Part shown: positions 28,674-37,156 of the stretch, piece by piece
How positions within the stretch are numbered: position 1 is the first letter of the stretch
Layout: the number at the start of each line of letters is the position of its first letter
IMG/VR virus record: IMGVR_UViG_3300039239_000005
Coordinates: 1 to 41,642 of that record
Source: a virus
Taxonomy: Duplodnaviria; Caudoviricetes
Reading direction: 5' to 3' (one strand)
DNA: 41,642 bases
Translations under genes and position numbers: made by a program
Notes under the pieces: model-generated
Told to the model about the DNA's origin: nothing
Databases searched by the model: none
Seen by the model: the letters and a program-made list of their open reading frames with translations, nothing else

Positions 28674-28701
28674 TTGCCCAACATTTTCAGTATCTTATAA
28701 T
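28674..28701 (+). promoter_or_regulatory. Sigma70-like promoter, divergent from the methyltransferase
   Basis: TTGCCC-N16-TATAAT. Confidence 0.45.
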
Positions 28702-28776
28702 ACACACATCAAGCCGCGGCGCCGCCCTCACTCATGATCGCACGAGATCGGGAGGCGTCAACCAAATCGGCCTAAA

Positions 28777-29226
28777 TTACTTCTTCGCGGGAGCCTTGCG
28801 AGCCTTCACTTCCGACAGCTTCGCAGCCGTCAGGGCGTCGATCTTCACGGGCAGCCCGGCGACGGTGGCAGACAGACCGGCAACGGTCGCGCGGAGGGCT
28901 GCGATGTCCTCGTGATTGGCTTTGATCGTCGCGAGCTTCTGAATCGCATCGTGCAGTTCTGCACTGGTCGTGGCGTTGTCGTCATCGACGCGATCAAGCT
29001 TGAGGCGCAGCGTCTCGACATCTTGTGCGAAGGCGCGGCTTGCGACGAGGTTTTCCAGTGCGTCGATCCGACAGCGCATCCAGTAGATGACATCTGCGAC
29101 AGTCGCCGTTGGACCCAGATGGGGATGGCCTTTTTGTGCAGCGTGGACGATTGCTCTGCGAAGGTCAGCGACGTCCGCAGCAAGTTTCGGCAGGTCGATG
29201 CCGCCGGTCAGAAGGGAAAGGATCAT
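28777..29226 (-). CDS. Hypothetical coiled-coil protein
   Basis: 149-aa ORF with heptad pattern and basic tail, co-oriented with the methyltransferase. Confidence 0.6.
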   Translation of the reverse strand: MILSLLTGGIDLPKLAADVADLRRAIVHAAQKGHPHLGPTATVADVIYWMRCRIDALENLVASRAFAQDVETLRLKLDRVDDDNATTSAELHDAIQKLATIKANHEDIAALRATVAGLSATVAGLPVKIDALTAAKLSEVKARKAPAKK

Positions 29227-29271
29227 GCTGATATTTAGTCAGCGGCAATCCATGAGCCTCGAACTCCGACA

Positions 29272-29505
29272 TCAGAACGGTAGAACCACAGCCCGCTCAT
29301 AGCCGTTTGAGCCATTACTCGTCGGCAAAATCACAAACTCGCTTGGGAACCGACTAACGAGGTCGCGGACGAGGATCGTAAATTCGTCCGCATGACCCTC
29401 GCGACAAAAAAGGACGAAGCCGCCCTCACCTGTCGACTCCACGGTGTAAGCGGTCGAACCCGCTTTGAGGCGATCCAGCAGACATCCCATAACGTCGGTA
29501 TTCAA
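29272..29505 (-). CDS. Small hypothetical protein, paralog family A copy 1
   Basis: LKAGSTAYTVE..GEGGFVL..REGH..EF...ILPTSNG..GYERAVVLPF, aligns with copies 2 and 3. Confidence 0.75.
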   Translation of the reverse strand: MNTDVMGCLLDRLKAGSTAYTVESTGEGGFVLFCREGHADEFTILVRDLVSRFPSEFVILPTSNGSNGYERAVVLPF

Positions 29506-29720
29506 ACGCCATCATTCAACGAAAGTCCAGCCTGACGCCTTATTGAAAGCTCGACCACCATCCTACGCACTGCGAACCTATGGCGTCATGGACAGTTTGC
29601 CCGCGCCAACAAACACGGACGATCTAACGCAGCGGCAATCGAAACTGCCGGATCGAAGCAGGTCACCGCAACTTCTAAAACGCAGCTTCACAGTAGCAAA
29701 AATGGTCGTATATCGGAGAT

Positions 29721-30059
29721 ATGAGTCGAATCACCATTTCTCCAATCGATGGCCAAATCGGCAAAACGATACGCGAACGTCGAGTTGCTCTCGGACTTTC
29801 GCAAGCGGAGCTTGGAGCCGCGCTTGGTGTGACTTTTCAGCAAATCCAGAAATATGAAAAAGGTGCGAATCGCATTTCGGCTTCGACCCTCCTACGAGCT
29901 TCTCAGGCCCTTCAATGCAGTGTGGCTGATCTCTATTGCGATCCAGACCCCACCGGCCATTCCCCGTCTGAACGGGCGATCTTGAAGCTGTGGGCGCAAC
30001 TCGGTGAGCCTGAACGGAACGCAGTTGCGGCGATGATCCGGGAGTTCATCAAACGATAA
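29721..30059 (+). CDS. XRE-family HTH transcriptional regulator
   Basis: IRERRVALGLSQAELGAALGVTFQQIQKYEKGANRISAS. Confidence 0.93.
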   Translation: MSRITISPIDGQIGKTIRERRVALGLSQAELGAALGVTFQQIQKYEKGANRISASTLLRASQALQCSVADLYCDPDPTGHSPSERAILKLWAQLGEPERNAVAAMIREFIKR

Positions 30060-30445
30060 AAAGCACCACATAGCAGTTGAAACTAAAGCCAATGCCCCCG
30101 TCTGACTTTCAACAGTCAGCCATGGCTTGGCTTATTGGAACGGTCATTTCGCTTTATCTTTCATAAACAAAATGCATTTCACGCGCAGGAGCGAAGGTGT
30201 GAACTGTAAATCGTCCGAGCTTAAAATCCAGTATAATGCGAAAGTAAATGTATTTCTCCGCGAGGCACTCGGAGAAGAAAACCTTTTCCGAAAATCGAAA
30301 TTACTCGGTAAGGCCGTCTACTGGAACATGATGGCAATGAAGTCCGATCCCGACATCAAACTAAAGCGGGGAAAACCAATGCCACCGAATGATGGTTTTG
30401 ATCAGATGGGGCCTGATCAAGGTGCACACCCGCCGATCTCTGGCA

Positions 30446-30673
30446 TTATACCTGAACGTCAGAAGCCATGATTACCGCCCGAACAAATGCGCCCCGCTCG
30501 TCACTCACTGGGAGGACCACGACGGTTGATAGGTGCCCGAACGTCAGATCGCTAACCAACCTATCGAACGCCGTTTCCTGACCAGCCCTCGGGGAGATTA
30601 CCCAGCTATCGCCGAGGCGTTGAGTGTCAAATATCGCGGACCCGTTTTCAACGCTGGCGAATATCTCTTCCAT
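30446..30673 (-). CDS. Small hypothetical protein, paralog family A copy 2
   Basis: MEEIFASVENGSAIF...GDSWVISPRAGQETAF...VLPVSD..GAFVRAVIM. Confidence 0.7.
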   Translation of the reverse strand: MEEIFASVENGSAIFDTQRLGDSWVISPRAGQETAFDRLVSDLTFGHLSTVVVLPVSDERGAFVRAVIMASDVQV

Positions 30674-30920
30674 ACCGCTACCAAATGCCGTCACGCTCAA
30701 CGCTCTTGAAAACTGCGGACTGTTCGGTGGCTTTGGTTCACAACCTAAGTGCGGGCCCACACGCCGTCCTTAACTGTTTTGATAAGTATCGAAGCGGCGG
30801 TGGCTATGCCATGCAGAATGCACAATCGCAGAATGCCGCGATACTGCACCTAACGATTTGTCCTGCTTCAAACTCTAATGCAGTTCAGTTTGTCTCATCC
30901 GCTCACCGGATCGCACAAAA

Positions 30921-31136
30921 TCAGAACGGCATCACGGTCGCTCGCGAGTAGCCTACTTTCCCATCGGTAATCGGGAATATCGCGAACTCGTCGTTCGATT
31001 GGAAGGACAGTTCGTCAATCATTTTGGCAAATGCCGCTTCCTGTCCGGGTTTCGGGATAATTACGAACCCGTCGCCTACGGTTTCAACGCTGAAAATAGG
31101 CGACCCTGCACGGATATCAGCAAGTAAGTTTTTCAT
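30921..31136 (-). CDS. Small hypothetical protein, paralog family A copy 3
   Basis: MKNLLADIRAGSPIFSVE..GDGFVIIPKPGQEAAF...IFPITDG..GYSRATVMPF. Confidence 0.78.
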   Translation of the reverse strand: MKNLLADIRAGSPIFSVETVGDGFVIIPKPGQEAAFAKMIDELSFQSNDEFAIFPITDGKVGYSRATVMPF

Positions 31137-31526
31137 AAGCGTGACTATAGATTTTCAGGCGCAGACGTGTCGAGACCGGGACCGGACATAGAGGGAAAGC
31201 TGGGGCATTTAAATTTGGATCACTTGGCCGAAGACGGGAATATACGCGCGCCCGCTGGCTCTACCCCCCGTGGGGGTCCATCGTCCCTCGACCATTGGCC
31301 AGCACCCTGCACCCATGAGGGTCTAATAGGGATGTGCCGGGCGGTCGAAAGCGATGTTCGCACAAGTGATGCTCGCTAACGTCCTGACATCGCTGGCAAA
31401 CATTACCACTATAACCGGCAATCGACTGTCTGACGCATCGCGCGCGTGACGTTCAGATAGGACGTGTGCGGACGATTGCGCGCGCCCGCGTTCGCCGCGA
31501 CGTTTAGACCCTGCCTTTTTTCGAAA

Positions 31527-31604
31527 TAGATGCTTTGGACGAAAGAATGCGCTTGACAGGCTAACGGATAGAGATTCTAACGCCGGTTATTAGATGCTTT
31601 GGAG
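31527..31604 (+). promoter_or_regulatory. Putative early promoter flanked by two direct repeats
   Basis: TAGATGCTTTGGA at 31527-31539 and 31591-31603, flanking TTGACA (31553-31558); -10 box is poor. Confidence 0.55.
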
Positions 31605-31619
31605 CAAAGGATTTTGACC

Positions 31620-31784
31620 GTGCCTCAAGAGTTCACCCGCCTAATCGACCTGACCGCCGGTCACTGTGACCTGACGGTTTGGGTCCGCCCGGACACTGAC
31701 CTCGATAGCCGCTTTGAAGCGGTCTGCGACATCAGCGGCGAACGCCTCGCGATCAACGGCTGGATGTTCGTGGTCGTCGAATGA
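31620..31784 (+). CDS. Small hypothetical early protein
   Basis: AAAGGA RBS, GTG start; 54 aa; co-oriented with the ArdC-like gene. Confidence 0.6.
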   Translation: MPQEFTRLIDLTAGHCDLTVWVRPDTDLDSRFEAVCDISGERLAINGWMFVVVE

Positions 31785-31838
31785 TCCGCGCCTAACCGTC
31801 CTCAATAGATGCCTTAACTCAATCAATAGGTAAGCGAC

Positions 31839-33353
31839 ATGAAAGCTGACATCTATCAAACCGTCACGGATTCCATCATCGCCATGCTTGAGGCTGGCGT
31901 CCGCCCTTGGGCGCCCGGTCACAACGCGAAGGCTTGCGGTCTGCCTGTCATCCCGACCCGCGCCAACGGCGAGGCATATCGCGGCCTGAACGTCGCGCTC
32001 TTGTGGGGCGCGGCCGAAATGAAAGGCTATCGTCACCACACTTGGATGACGTTCAATCAGGCCAAGGCGTTAGGCGGATGCGTCCGCAGAGGCGAGAAGT
32101 CATCGCCCGTCGTCTATTGGGGAACCTTCAAGGCTCAAGCCGATGACGCGGACGAAGGCGACGACGGCAAGGCCCGTCTGTTCGCGAAGGGCTATGCGGT
32201 TTTCAACGTCGAACAAATCGACGGCTTGCCCGCCTCGGTTTATGAACCGGCGACGGTCGAACATTCCGAGACCCGGATCGCGAAGGCCGATGCATGGGCG
32301 GTCGCGACTGGCGCCGACATTCGCCACGGCGGTTCCCAAGCCTTCTATTCGCCCAAGGGTGACTTTGTGCAGGTTCCGCCCTTCGCGGCGTATGGCGAGC
32401 CGGAACGCTATTACTCGACCTTGTGCCATGAACTGACGCATTGGAGCGGCGCGAAGGCCCGGCTTGATCGCCAGTTTGGCAAACGGTTCGGCGACAAGGC
32501 TTATGCGTTTGAGGAATTGGTGGCCGAAATGGGCGCGGCCTTCTCTTGCGCCCGCCTTGGGATCGAGAACGAAACCCGCGAGGATCACGCCTCTTATCTG
32601 GCGTCATGGCTGAACGTCCTGAAAGCCGACAAGCGCGCGATTTTCACGGCGGCGAGCAAGGCTCAAGCCGCTTGTGACTACCTTTTCGAACTGGCCAGCA
32701 AGGCCGAAATCAAGCCCGTGGAGCGGCCTTCCGTCCCGACTGGCGTCATCTGCCTTCCTGACCTGTCTGGCCTATCCAGCGAGCCGGTTTCGGCCGTTGT
32801 GACCGATGACGGCGACGATGATCCGACGCCGCCTGTCGCGCCTTCGCCCGCGCCTGTCTCGACTGGCGTTGGGGCCGGCTTCCTGTCGCGTCTGTCAGCG
32901 TTCAAGGGAGGGCGTGTCCGCGCGCCTTCCCGCGTCGCGGCTCGCAAGGTCCGCACGGTCGATGACATCGTGCAGGACATCACCACGCCTGAACCTGTCG
33001 CCAAGCCCGCCCGCCCGTTCCATCCGCGCCGTGATCCTTCGCTATGCGAGTTTCTGTCTATCCGGGGCATCTGCGACGATGGCGGCGAACTTCGCGGACG
33101 TGACCTCGACCGGTGGCATCGCGAGGCGCCGTTCCGCCGTAAGCTTGTTCGGGCGGATGGCGTGTCCCTTGAGACGGCTGCACGTCAGGCATGGGAGGCG
33201 GGCTATTTCGATGATGTCGCCGTCCCGACGATGGATAGCAGCGACAACATGCACCCGGTCACGCCAGCGATGTTGATCGCGGAGATGGATCGCGAACTGC
33301 GCGACGACTACGCGCACGTTTGGGGTGCCCATGACGAAGAGTTCTTCGCGTGA
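31839..33353 (+). CDS. ardC: ArdC-like antirestriction/ssDNA-binding protein with zincin (MPTase) domain and C-terminal extension
   Basis: DIYQTVTDSII..LE.GVRPW, YRGLNV.LLW, WMTFNQAK..GG.VR.GEK, VFNVEQ, HELTHW, YAFEELVAE, HASYLASWL; extra ~200 aa after a Pro/acidic linker. Confidence 0.92.
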   Translation: MKADIYQTVTDSIIAMLEAGVRPWAPGHNAKACGLPVIPTRANGEAYRGLNVALLWGAAEMKGYRHHTWMTFNQAKALGGCVRRGEKSSPVVYWGTFKAQADDADEGDDGKARLFAKGYAVFNVEQIDGLPASVYEPATVEHSETRIAKADAWAVATGADIRHGGSQAFYSPKGDFVQVPPFAAYGEPERYYSTLCHELTHWSGAKARLDRQFGKRFGDKAYAFEELVAEMGAAFSCARLGIENETREDHASYLASWLNVLKADKRAIFTAASKAQAACDYLFELASKAEIKPVERPSVPTGVICLPDLSGLSSEPVSAVVTDDGDDDPTPPVAPSPAPVSTGVGAGFLSRLSAFKGGRVRAPSRVAARKVRTVDDIVQDITTPEPVAKPARPFHPRRDPSLCEFLSIRGICDDGGELRGRDLDRWHREAPFRRKLVRADGVSLETAARQAWEAGYFDDVAVPTMDSSDNMHPVTPAMLIAEMDRELRDDYAHVWGAHDEEFFA

Positions 33354-33586
33354 GGGGGCGGTGCAAGCGGGCGGCTGCATGGTCGCCCCTCTCGCCAGAG
33401 GCGCGAGCCTTGATCGAGAGCGAACCGGATCGCTGGGATTACGTCGAACTATGGGACGGCGCGGCGGCTCAATCCTGCGCCTTTGGCGCGACCCGCCGGG
33501 CGCCTGACCTGCTGTCGGTCTGCGATGGCGTTGAGCCTTCCGAACCGTCACGGGATCGTATGCAGGGAGTCCTGTTCCCGTCGTAG
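33350..33586 (+). CDS. Hypothetical protein
   Basis: GTGA start/stop overlap with the ArdC-like gene; 78 aa. Confidence 0.45.
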   Translation: MRGRCKRAAAWSPLSPEARALIESEPDRWDYVELWDGAAAQSCAFGATRRAPDLLSVCDGVEPSEPSRDRMQGVLFPS

Positions 33587-33680
33587 GCCGAAAGATATGG
33601 CGGCGATCCAGCATATCCGCCTAAATAGTTTTCATAACCTGTTTCGCGTGAGGAAGACGAGGAACAGGGCTTGAAAGATA

Positions 33681-33709
33681 TTGGATAAATATGTGTAGTA
33701 TCGTATACT
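33681..33709 (+). promoter_or_regulatory. Sigma70-like promoter
   Basis: TTGGAT-N17-TATACT in an AT-rich patch. Confidence 0.55.
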
Positions 33710-33736
33710 CGATTCTGTCATCAAATCCGAAAACTT

Positions 33737-33776
33737 AAGGCCCTGCGATCTTCCTCGTCGCGGGGCCTTTTGTTTT
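33737..33776 (+). terminator. Intrinsic terminator-like hairpin
   Basis: AAGGCCCTGCGAT-CTTCCTC-GTCGCGGGGCCTT then TTGTTTT. Confidence 0.75.
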
Positions 33777-33785
33777 GTGATTTTG

Positions 33786-34445
33786 ATGAACGACCCTTTT
33801 GCAGCCGTCGTGGCTGAACTTGATTTCCTCGGGCAGGACAACGCCCTTCTCAACGCCGCCCTCTACAAGAACCCTGACTTCGTTCGATGGTGTGAGACCA
33901 TCGCCAACCGTCAGCACAAGGTCCGCGCATCGGCCGTGACGCCCCTGCCCGCGCTGGAGACGATCTTGGCCCTTGAGGCGACGGTCTTCGACAATGGCGA
34001 GGGGCCGAAGTTCCGGCACAAAATCACGGTGCAAGCCTACCTCGGCGACTACCCGCAATGGACCCGGCCGAACTGGAAGGCGACGGCGACACTCTGGCCC
34101 CACGATGTCGCCGTGAAGACGGCGAAGAAATCGAAGGCAAAGTTCTCCGAAGCTACGCTGGCCGTGGTCGAGGCTCTGGCTGGTCAAGGCTCCGGCTTCG
34201 TCGGCGTCTGCATGCACACTGGCGCCGGGATGGGTTCGACCTACAACGACCAACACGTCGTCTGGATCGACATCGAGGCCAACTCGGCGATGGTCTACTC
34301 GCCGAACGCTCACTTCTGGCTGGCGCCGTTCGACAAGCTGGACGCCAACGGGAAAGCCCTCAAGGCGAACGGCATCCTGCACTCGCGTTCGTCTTCTGCC
34401 GACACTCTGGACCACTGGTCCACGGGCGAGCCGGTTTCGCTTTGA
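33786..34445 (+). CDS. Hypothetical protein (~219 aa) upstream of the inverted-repeat cluster
   Basis: Long ORF with strong GC3 bias; no recognised motif. Confidence 0.75.
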   Translation: MNDPFAAVVAELDFLGQDNALLNAALYKNPDFVRWCETIANRQHKVRASAVTPLPALETILALEATVFDNGEGPKFRHKITVQAYLGDYPQWTRPNWKATATLWPHDVAVKTAKKSKAKFSEATLAVVEALAGQGSGFVGVCMHTGAGMGSTYNDQHVVWIDIEANSAMVYSPNAHFWLAPFDKLDANGKALKANGILHSRSSSADTLDHWSTGEPVSL

Positions 34446-34462
34446 CTATTCGCCGGGAGCGA

Positions 34463-34649
34463 TGCTCCCTCTATTAATACCTACGAATACTAATATATTA
34501 ATAGAGGGAGCACCCCTCGGCCGAATACGGTTCTGATCGGTTCCCTCTAATAGAGAGCATCACCTGACGGTTCGCCCGACAATAGGGACATAGGCTTGTC
34601 CCCGCCTCGTTCCTCGTCGGCGCCAAACCTGTTCTCTAATAGAGGGAGC
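34463..34649. repeat. Perfect 17-bp inverted repeat plus related copies (AT-rich core)
   Basis: TGCTCCCTCTATTAATA (34463-34479) / TATTAATAGAGGGAGCA (34496-34512) with a 16-nt spacer; TAATAGAGAGCA at 34548; TAATAGAGGGAGC again at 34637-34649. Confidence 0.9.
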
Positions 34650-34826
34650 GGGGTTGCGGCGGCGCAGCACAAGCAGCGGGCAAACCTGCCGACATCTTAC
34701 ACCGATGAAACCAGTGGAACCCCTGCGGAAAATGCCGCAAAAAAAAAGAGCGGTGACCTCGATCACCGCCCCACAGAGTTGCTTCGCGCTCTCTCAACAC
34801 TGCCTGAAAGAGCGGGTTCCTAAAAC

Positions 34827-35327
34827 TTATGCAGATTTCTTCATAGCGTCAGCGTTCACAGCGGCGTCGGCAATGCTCGTGAGGTCTTCGTCGGTTTGCG
34901 ACTCTTCGTTCAAAGTCTCTTCGAGCAGCGCGGCAGCATCTTTTAGGCCCAGCACATTCGCCCAACGTCGCAGAGTGCCGTAGCGTGTAATCTCGTAATG
35001 TTCGACGGCTTGGGCTGCGGCCAGCAGACCGGCATCCAGAGCGGGATTATCCTTATATTCCTCCATGATCTCATCACCCTCGGCGAGAATGCCTTCGATG
35101 GCATCGCACGTCTTCCCTCGGGGGGCCTTGCCGATGATTTCGAAGACTTGTTGCAGCCGTTCAATTTGCCCTTCGGTTTGGTCTTTGTGCTTTTCAAACG
35201 CAGCCTTCAGTTCGGGTGACTGTGCGGCGCGCGCCATCTTTGGCAGCGACTTCAGAATTTTCCGTTCTGCGTAATAGATATCCTTCAGGGTGTCGTGGAA
35301 CAGGGTGTCGAGTGTTTTCTCGGCCAT
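34827..35327 (-). CDS. Ferritin-like DUF892 (YciE/YciF family) protein
   Basis: LKDIYYAERKILKSLPKMA, HKDQTEGQIERL, CDAIEGI, AAQAVEHYEITRYGTL; GGAG RBS before ATG 35327. Confidence 0.93.
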   Translation of the reverse strand: MAEKTLDTLFHDTLKDIYYAERKILKSLPKMARAAQSPELKAAFEKHKDQTEGQIERLQQVFEIIGKAPRGKTCDAIEGILAEGDEIMEEYKDNPALDAGLLAAAQAVEHYEITRYGTLRRWANVLGLKDAAALLEETLNEESQTDEDLTSIADAAVNADAMKKSA

Positions 35328-35550
35328 AACGATATCTCCGTTGGGTGAGACACATAAAAGCACAGCTACACAGGTCGGTTCCTTCCGCGAAAGGTGTGCA
35401 CCGGCGACAGGACGCGACTGAAGTTCCACCGCGTTTTGAGGGTCGCTGACTAAATACAAACATAGCCGCACCGACGAAGGTCAAGTCGTGGGTCGGGCCA
35501 ATGTTTGAGACGCACTTCCAGCCTGAACAGCTTGTTCGTCATCACTGAAG

Positions 35551-35588
35551 AGGCCCTGCCGATCTTGACCATCGGCGGGGCCTTTTTT
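35551..35588 (+). terminator. Intrinsic terminator-like hairpin homologous to 33737..33776
   Basis: AGGCCCTGCCGAT-CTTGACC-ATCGGCGGGGCCT then TTTTT. Confidence 0.78.
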
Positions 35589-35598
35589 GGTGACAACA

Positions 35599-36105
35599 AT
35601 GGAGTTTTGGAAGCCGATCCCCGGCTCAAAATATGAGGCTTCAAGCCTCGGGCGCATCCGCAGCCCGCGAGGAAACATCCTCAAGCCCTACAACCACGGC
35701 CTCGGCTATCATCTGGTCGGCATGAAGTTCGATCACGAACCGAAGGTCGTCACCCGCACTGTGCATCGCCTTGTCGCGTTGGCCTTCCACGGACCTCGGC
35801 CGGAGGGTTTGGACATTGCCCACGGCAACTGCATCAAGACCGACAACCGCCCGTCGAACCTGCGCTACGCCACGCGGTCCGAGAATCTTCAGGACAGCTT
35901 CGCCATGGGCGAGTTCCGAACGGGTCGCCCATTCGTCTACCCATGGGAGCTTCTGACTGTAGGCCAAAGCTTCACCTCGAACCCGATCAAACGACTGTCG
36001 ATCAGGCGCATGATCTTGGAGGCCAATAAGCAGTTCGGCCGCACCTTTGATGTCGGCAAAGCCGCGAACGACGACGGCTCTTGGACCGTCACGAGGGTCG
36101 CGTGA
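35599..36105 (+). CDS. NUMOD4-HNH homing endonuclease
   Basis: EFWKPIPG..YEASSLGRIRS (NUMOD4); VHRLVALAF...IAHGNCIKTDNRPSNLRYATRSEN (HNH). Confidence 0.92.
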   Translation: MEFWKPIPGSKYEASSLGRIRSPRGNILKPYNHGLGYHLVGMKFDHEPKVVTRTVHRLVALAFHGPRPEGLDIAHGNCIKTDNRPSNLRYATRSENLQDSFAMGEFRTGRPFVYPWELLTVGQSFTSNPIKRLSIRRMILEANKQFGRTFDVGKAANDDGSWTVTRVA

Positions 36106-36335
36106 TGGAAGACGCAACCTTCGAAGTCCGGTTCGCTGAACACATGCAGGAGCGTGTGGTCTGGCGCGGCGAGATTATGACCCGCGAACAGGTCCACGCC
36201 CACGCGGTGGCTCTTATCAAGGCGCGCATGGCCGAACTCTACGCGGAGCATGGCCCGCCGGTTTGGGACTTGCTCAAGCCCTACATCGATGAACTGCACG
36301 ACGAGACCGCCGCGCTGAAAGCGGAGGGCCAGTGA
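36105..36335 (+). CDS. Small hypothetical early protein
   Basis: TGATG coupling to the HNH gene; 76 aa. Confidence 0.7.
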   Translation: MEDATFEVRFAEHMQERVVWRGEIMTREQVHAHAVALIKARMAELYAEHGPPVWDLLKPYIDELHDETAALKAEGQ

Positions 36336-36505
36336 TGTCGCCCTTCCACTACCACGGCCAGCCGGTGTCTGCGGCCGACGCCATCGCCATGCTCAAGAAC
36401 CGCAAGGCACACCGTGCCTATCGCCTCAACGCCCTGCGCCGACGTGACGAACGCGCCTCGGGCATCCTTCGCCAACTCTGGGCGATGATCCGGGGGCGCG
36501 CATGA
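36335..36505 (+). CDS. Small basic hypothetical protein (56 aa, not in ORF track)
   Basis: MSPFHYHGQPVSAADAIAMLKNRK...; TGATG and ATGA couplings on either side. Confidence 0.65.
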   Translation: MSPFHYHGQPVSAADAIAMLKNRKAHRAYRLNALRRRDERASGILRQLWAMIRGRA

Positions 36506-36609
36506 ACCTCACCGAGAACTGGCCCTATCTCCTGCTGGGGATGCTGCTGGGCTTCGTCTTCCGCCTCTGGGCGGACCAAAACTACCTGAACAGAAAGGGC
36601 GCCAAATGA
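36502..36609 (+). CDS. 35-aa membrane peptide (not in ORF track)
   Basis: MNLTENWPYLLLGMLLGFVFRLWADQNYLNRKGAK; ATGA couplings. Confidence 0.65.
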   Translation: MNLTENWPYLLLGMLLGFVFRLWADQNYLNRKGAK

Positions 36610-36767
36610 CCGCCCGCAACACCTTCCGCACCACCATCGACAAGACTGCGCTGCTGATCCCCGTTGAGGACGGGGAGCCGGTAAATGCCATCCTGATCGG
36701 CGATTTCACCGACCACCACACCGGCGAACCTTACCGCCTCTGGACTATGCCGGAGGACGATCAATGA
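36606..36767 (+). CDS. 53-aa hypothetical protein (not in ORF track)
   Basis: MTARNTFRTTIDKTALLIPVEDGEPV...; ATGA couplings. Confidence 0.65.
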   Translation: MTARNTFRTTIDKTALLIPVEDGEPVNAILIGDFTDHHTGEPYRLWTMPEDDQ

Positions 36768-37156
36768 CCGCAACAATCCGCACCAACCGCACCCTCTTCG
36801 ATGTCTACGGCACTTTGCAGGAGGTCGCGCCGATCCTCGCTTGGATCGCTGACCAAGCCCCATCCGCGCACCTGAAGTTTGATGCTGACGGGGACGAGCA
36901 GCGCGTCACCCAATGGTTCGAATTCACTGTCTGGTTCGACGAAGACACCGACGAGGTGAACTTCAAGATGTTCCAGTCGGAGGCGTTCGAAGCACAGGCA
37001 CAGGCCGCGTCGCAACCCTCGCTCTTCGGACGGATCACAAGCTCGAACCTTCGTCCCGGCATGGTCTTCAATACATGGTCAGGAGGTCAGGCCACCGGCT
37101 CCCTGATCTTGGACGATCAAGGCTACGTCACCGGCATCAAGCGAGGTGGCAAATGA
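36764..37156 (+). CDS. Hypothetical protein, paralog family B
   Basis: LAWI...VWFDEDTDEVNFKMF motif; GGAGG RBS. Confidence 0.75.
   Translation: MTATIRTNRTLFDVYGTLQEVAPILAWIADQAPSAHLKFDADGDEQRVTQWFEFTVWFDEDTDEVNFKMFQSEAFEAQAQAASQPSLFGRITSSNLRPGMVFNTWSGGQATGSLILDDQGYVTGIKRGGK

Noticed and set aside
27082-28737. 551-aa plus-strand ORF
   Set aside because: Antisense shadow of the methyltransferase; no motifs, and long shadow ORFs are expected at high GC.
30127-30471. 114-aa plus-strand ORF
   Set aside because: No RBS, atypical composition, no motif; more likely intergenic.
34722-34748. TGCGG...CCGCA plus A-run as terminator for DUF892
   Set aside because: On the minus strand the T-run precedes the stem, which is the wrong order, and the stem is short.
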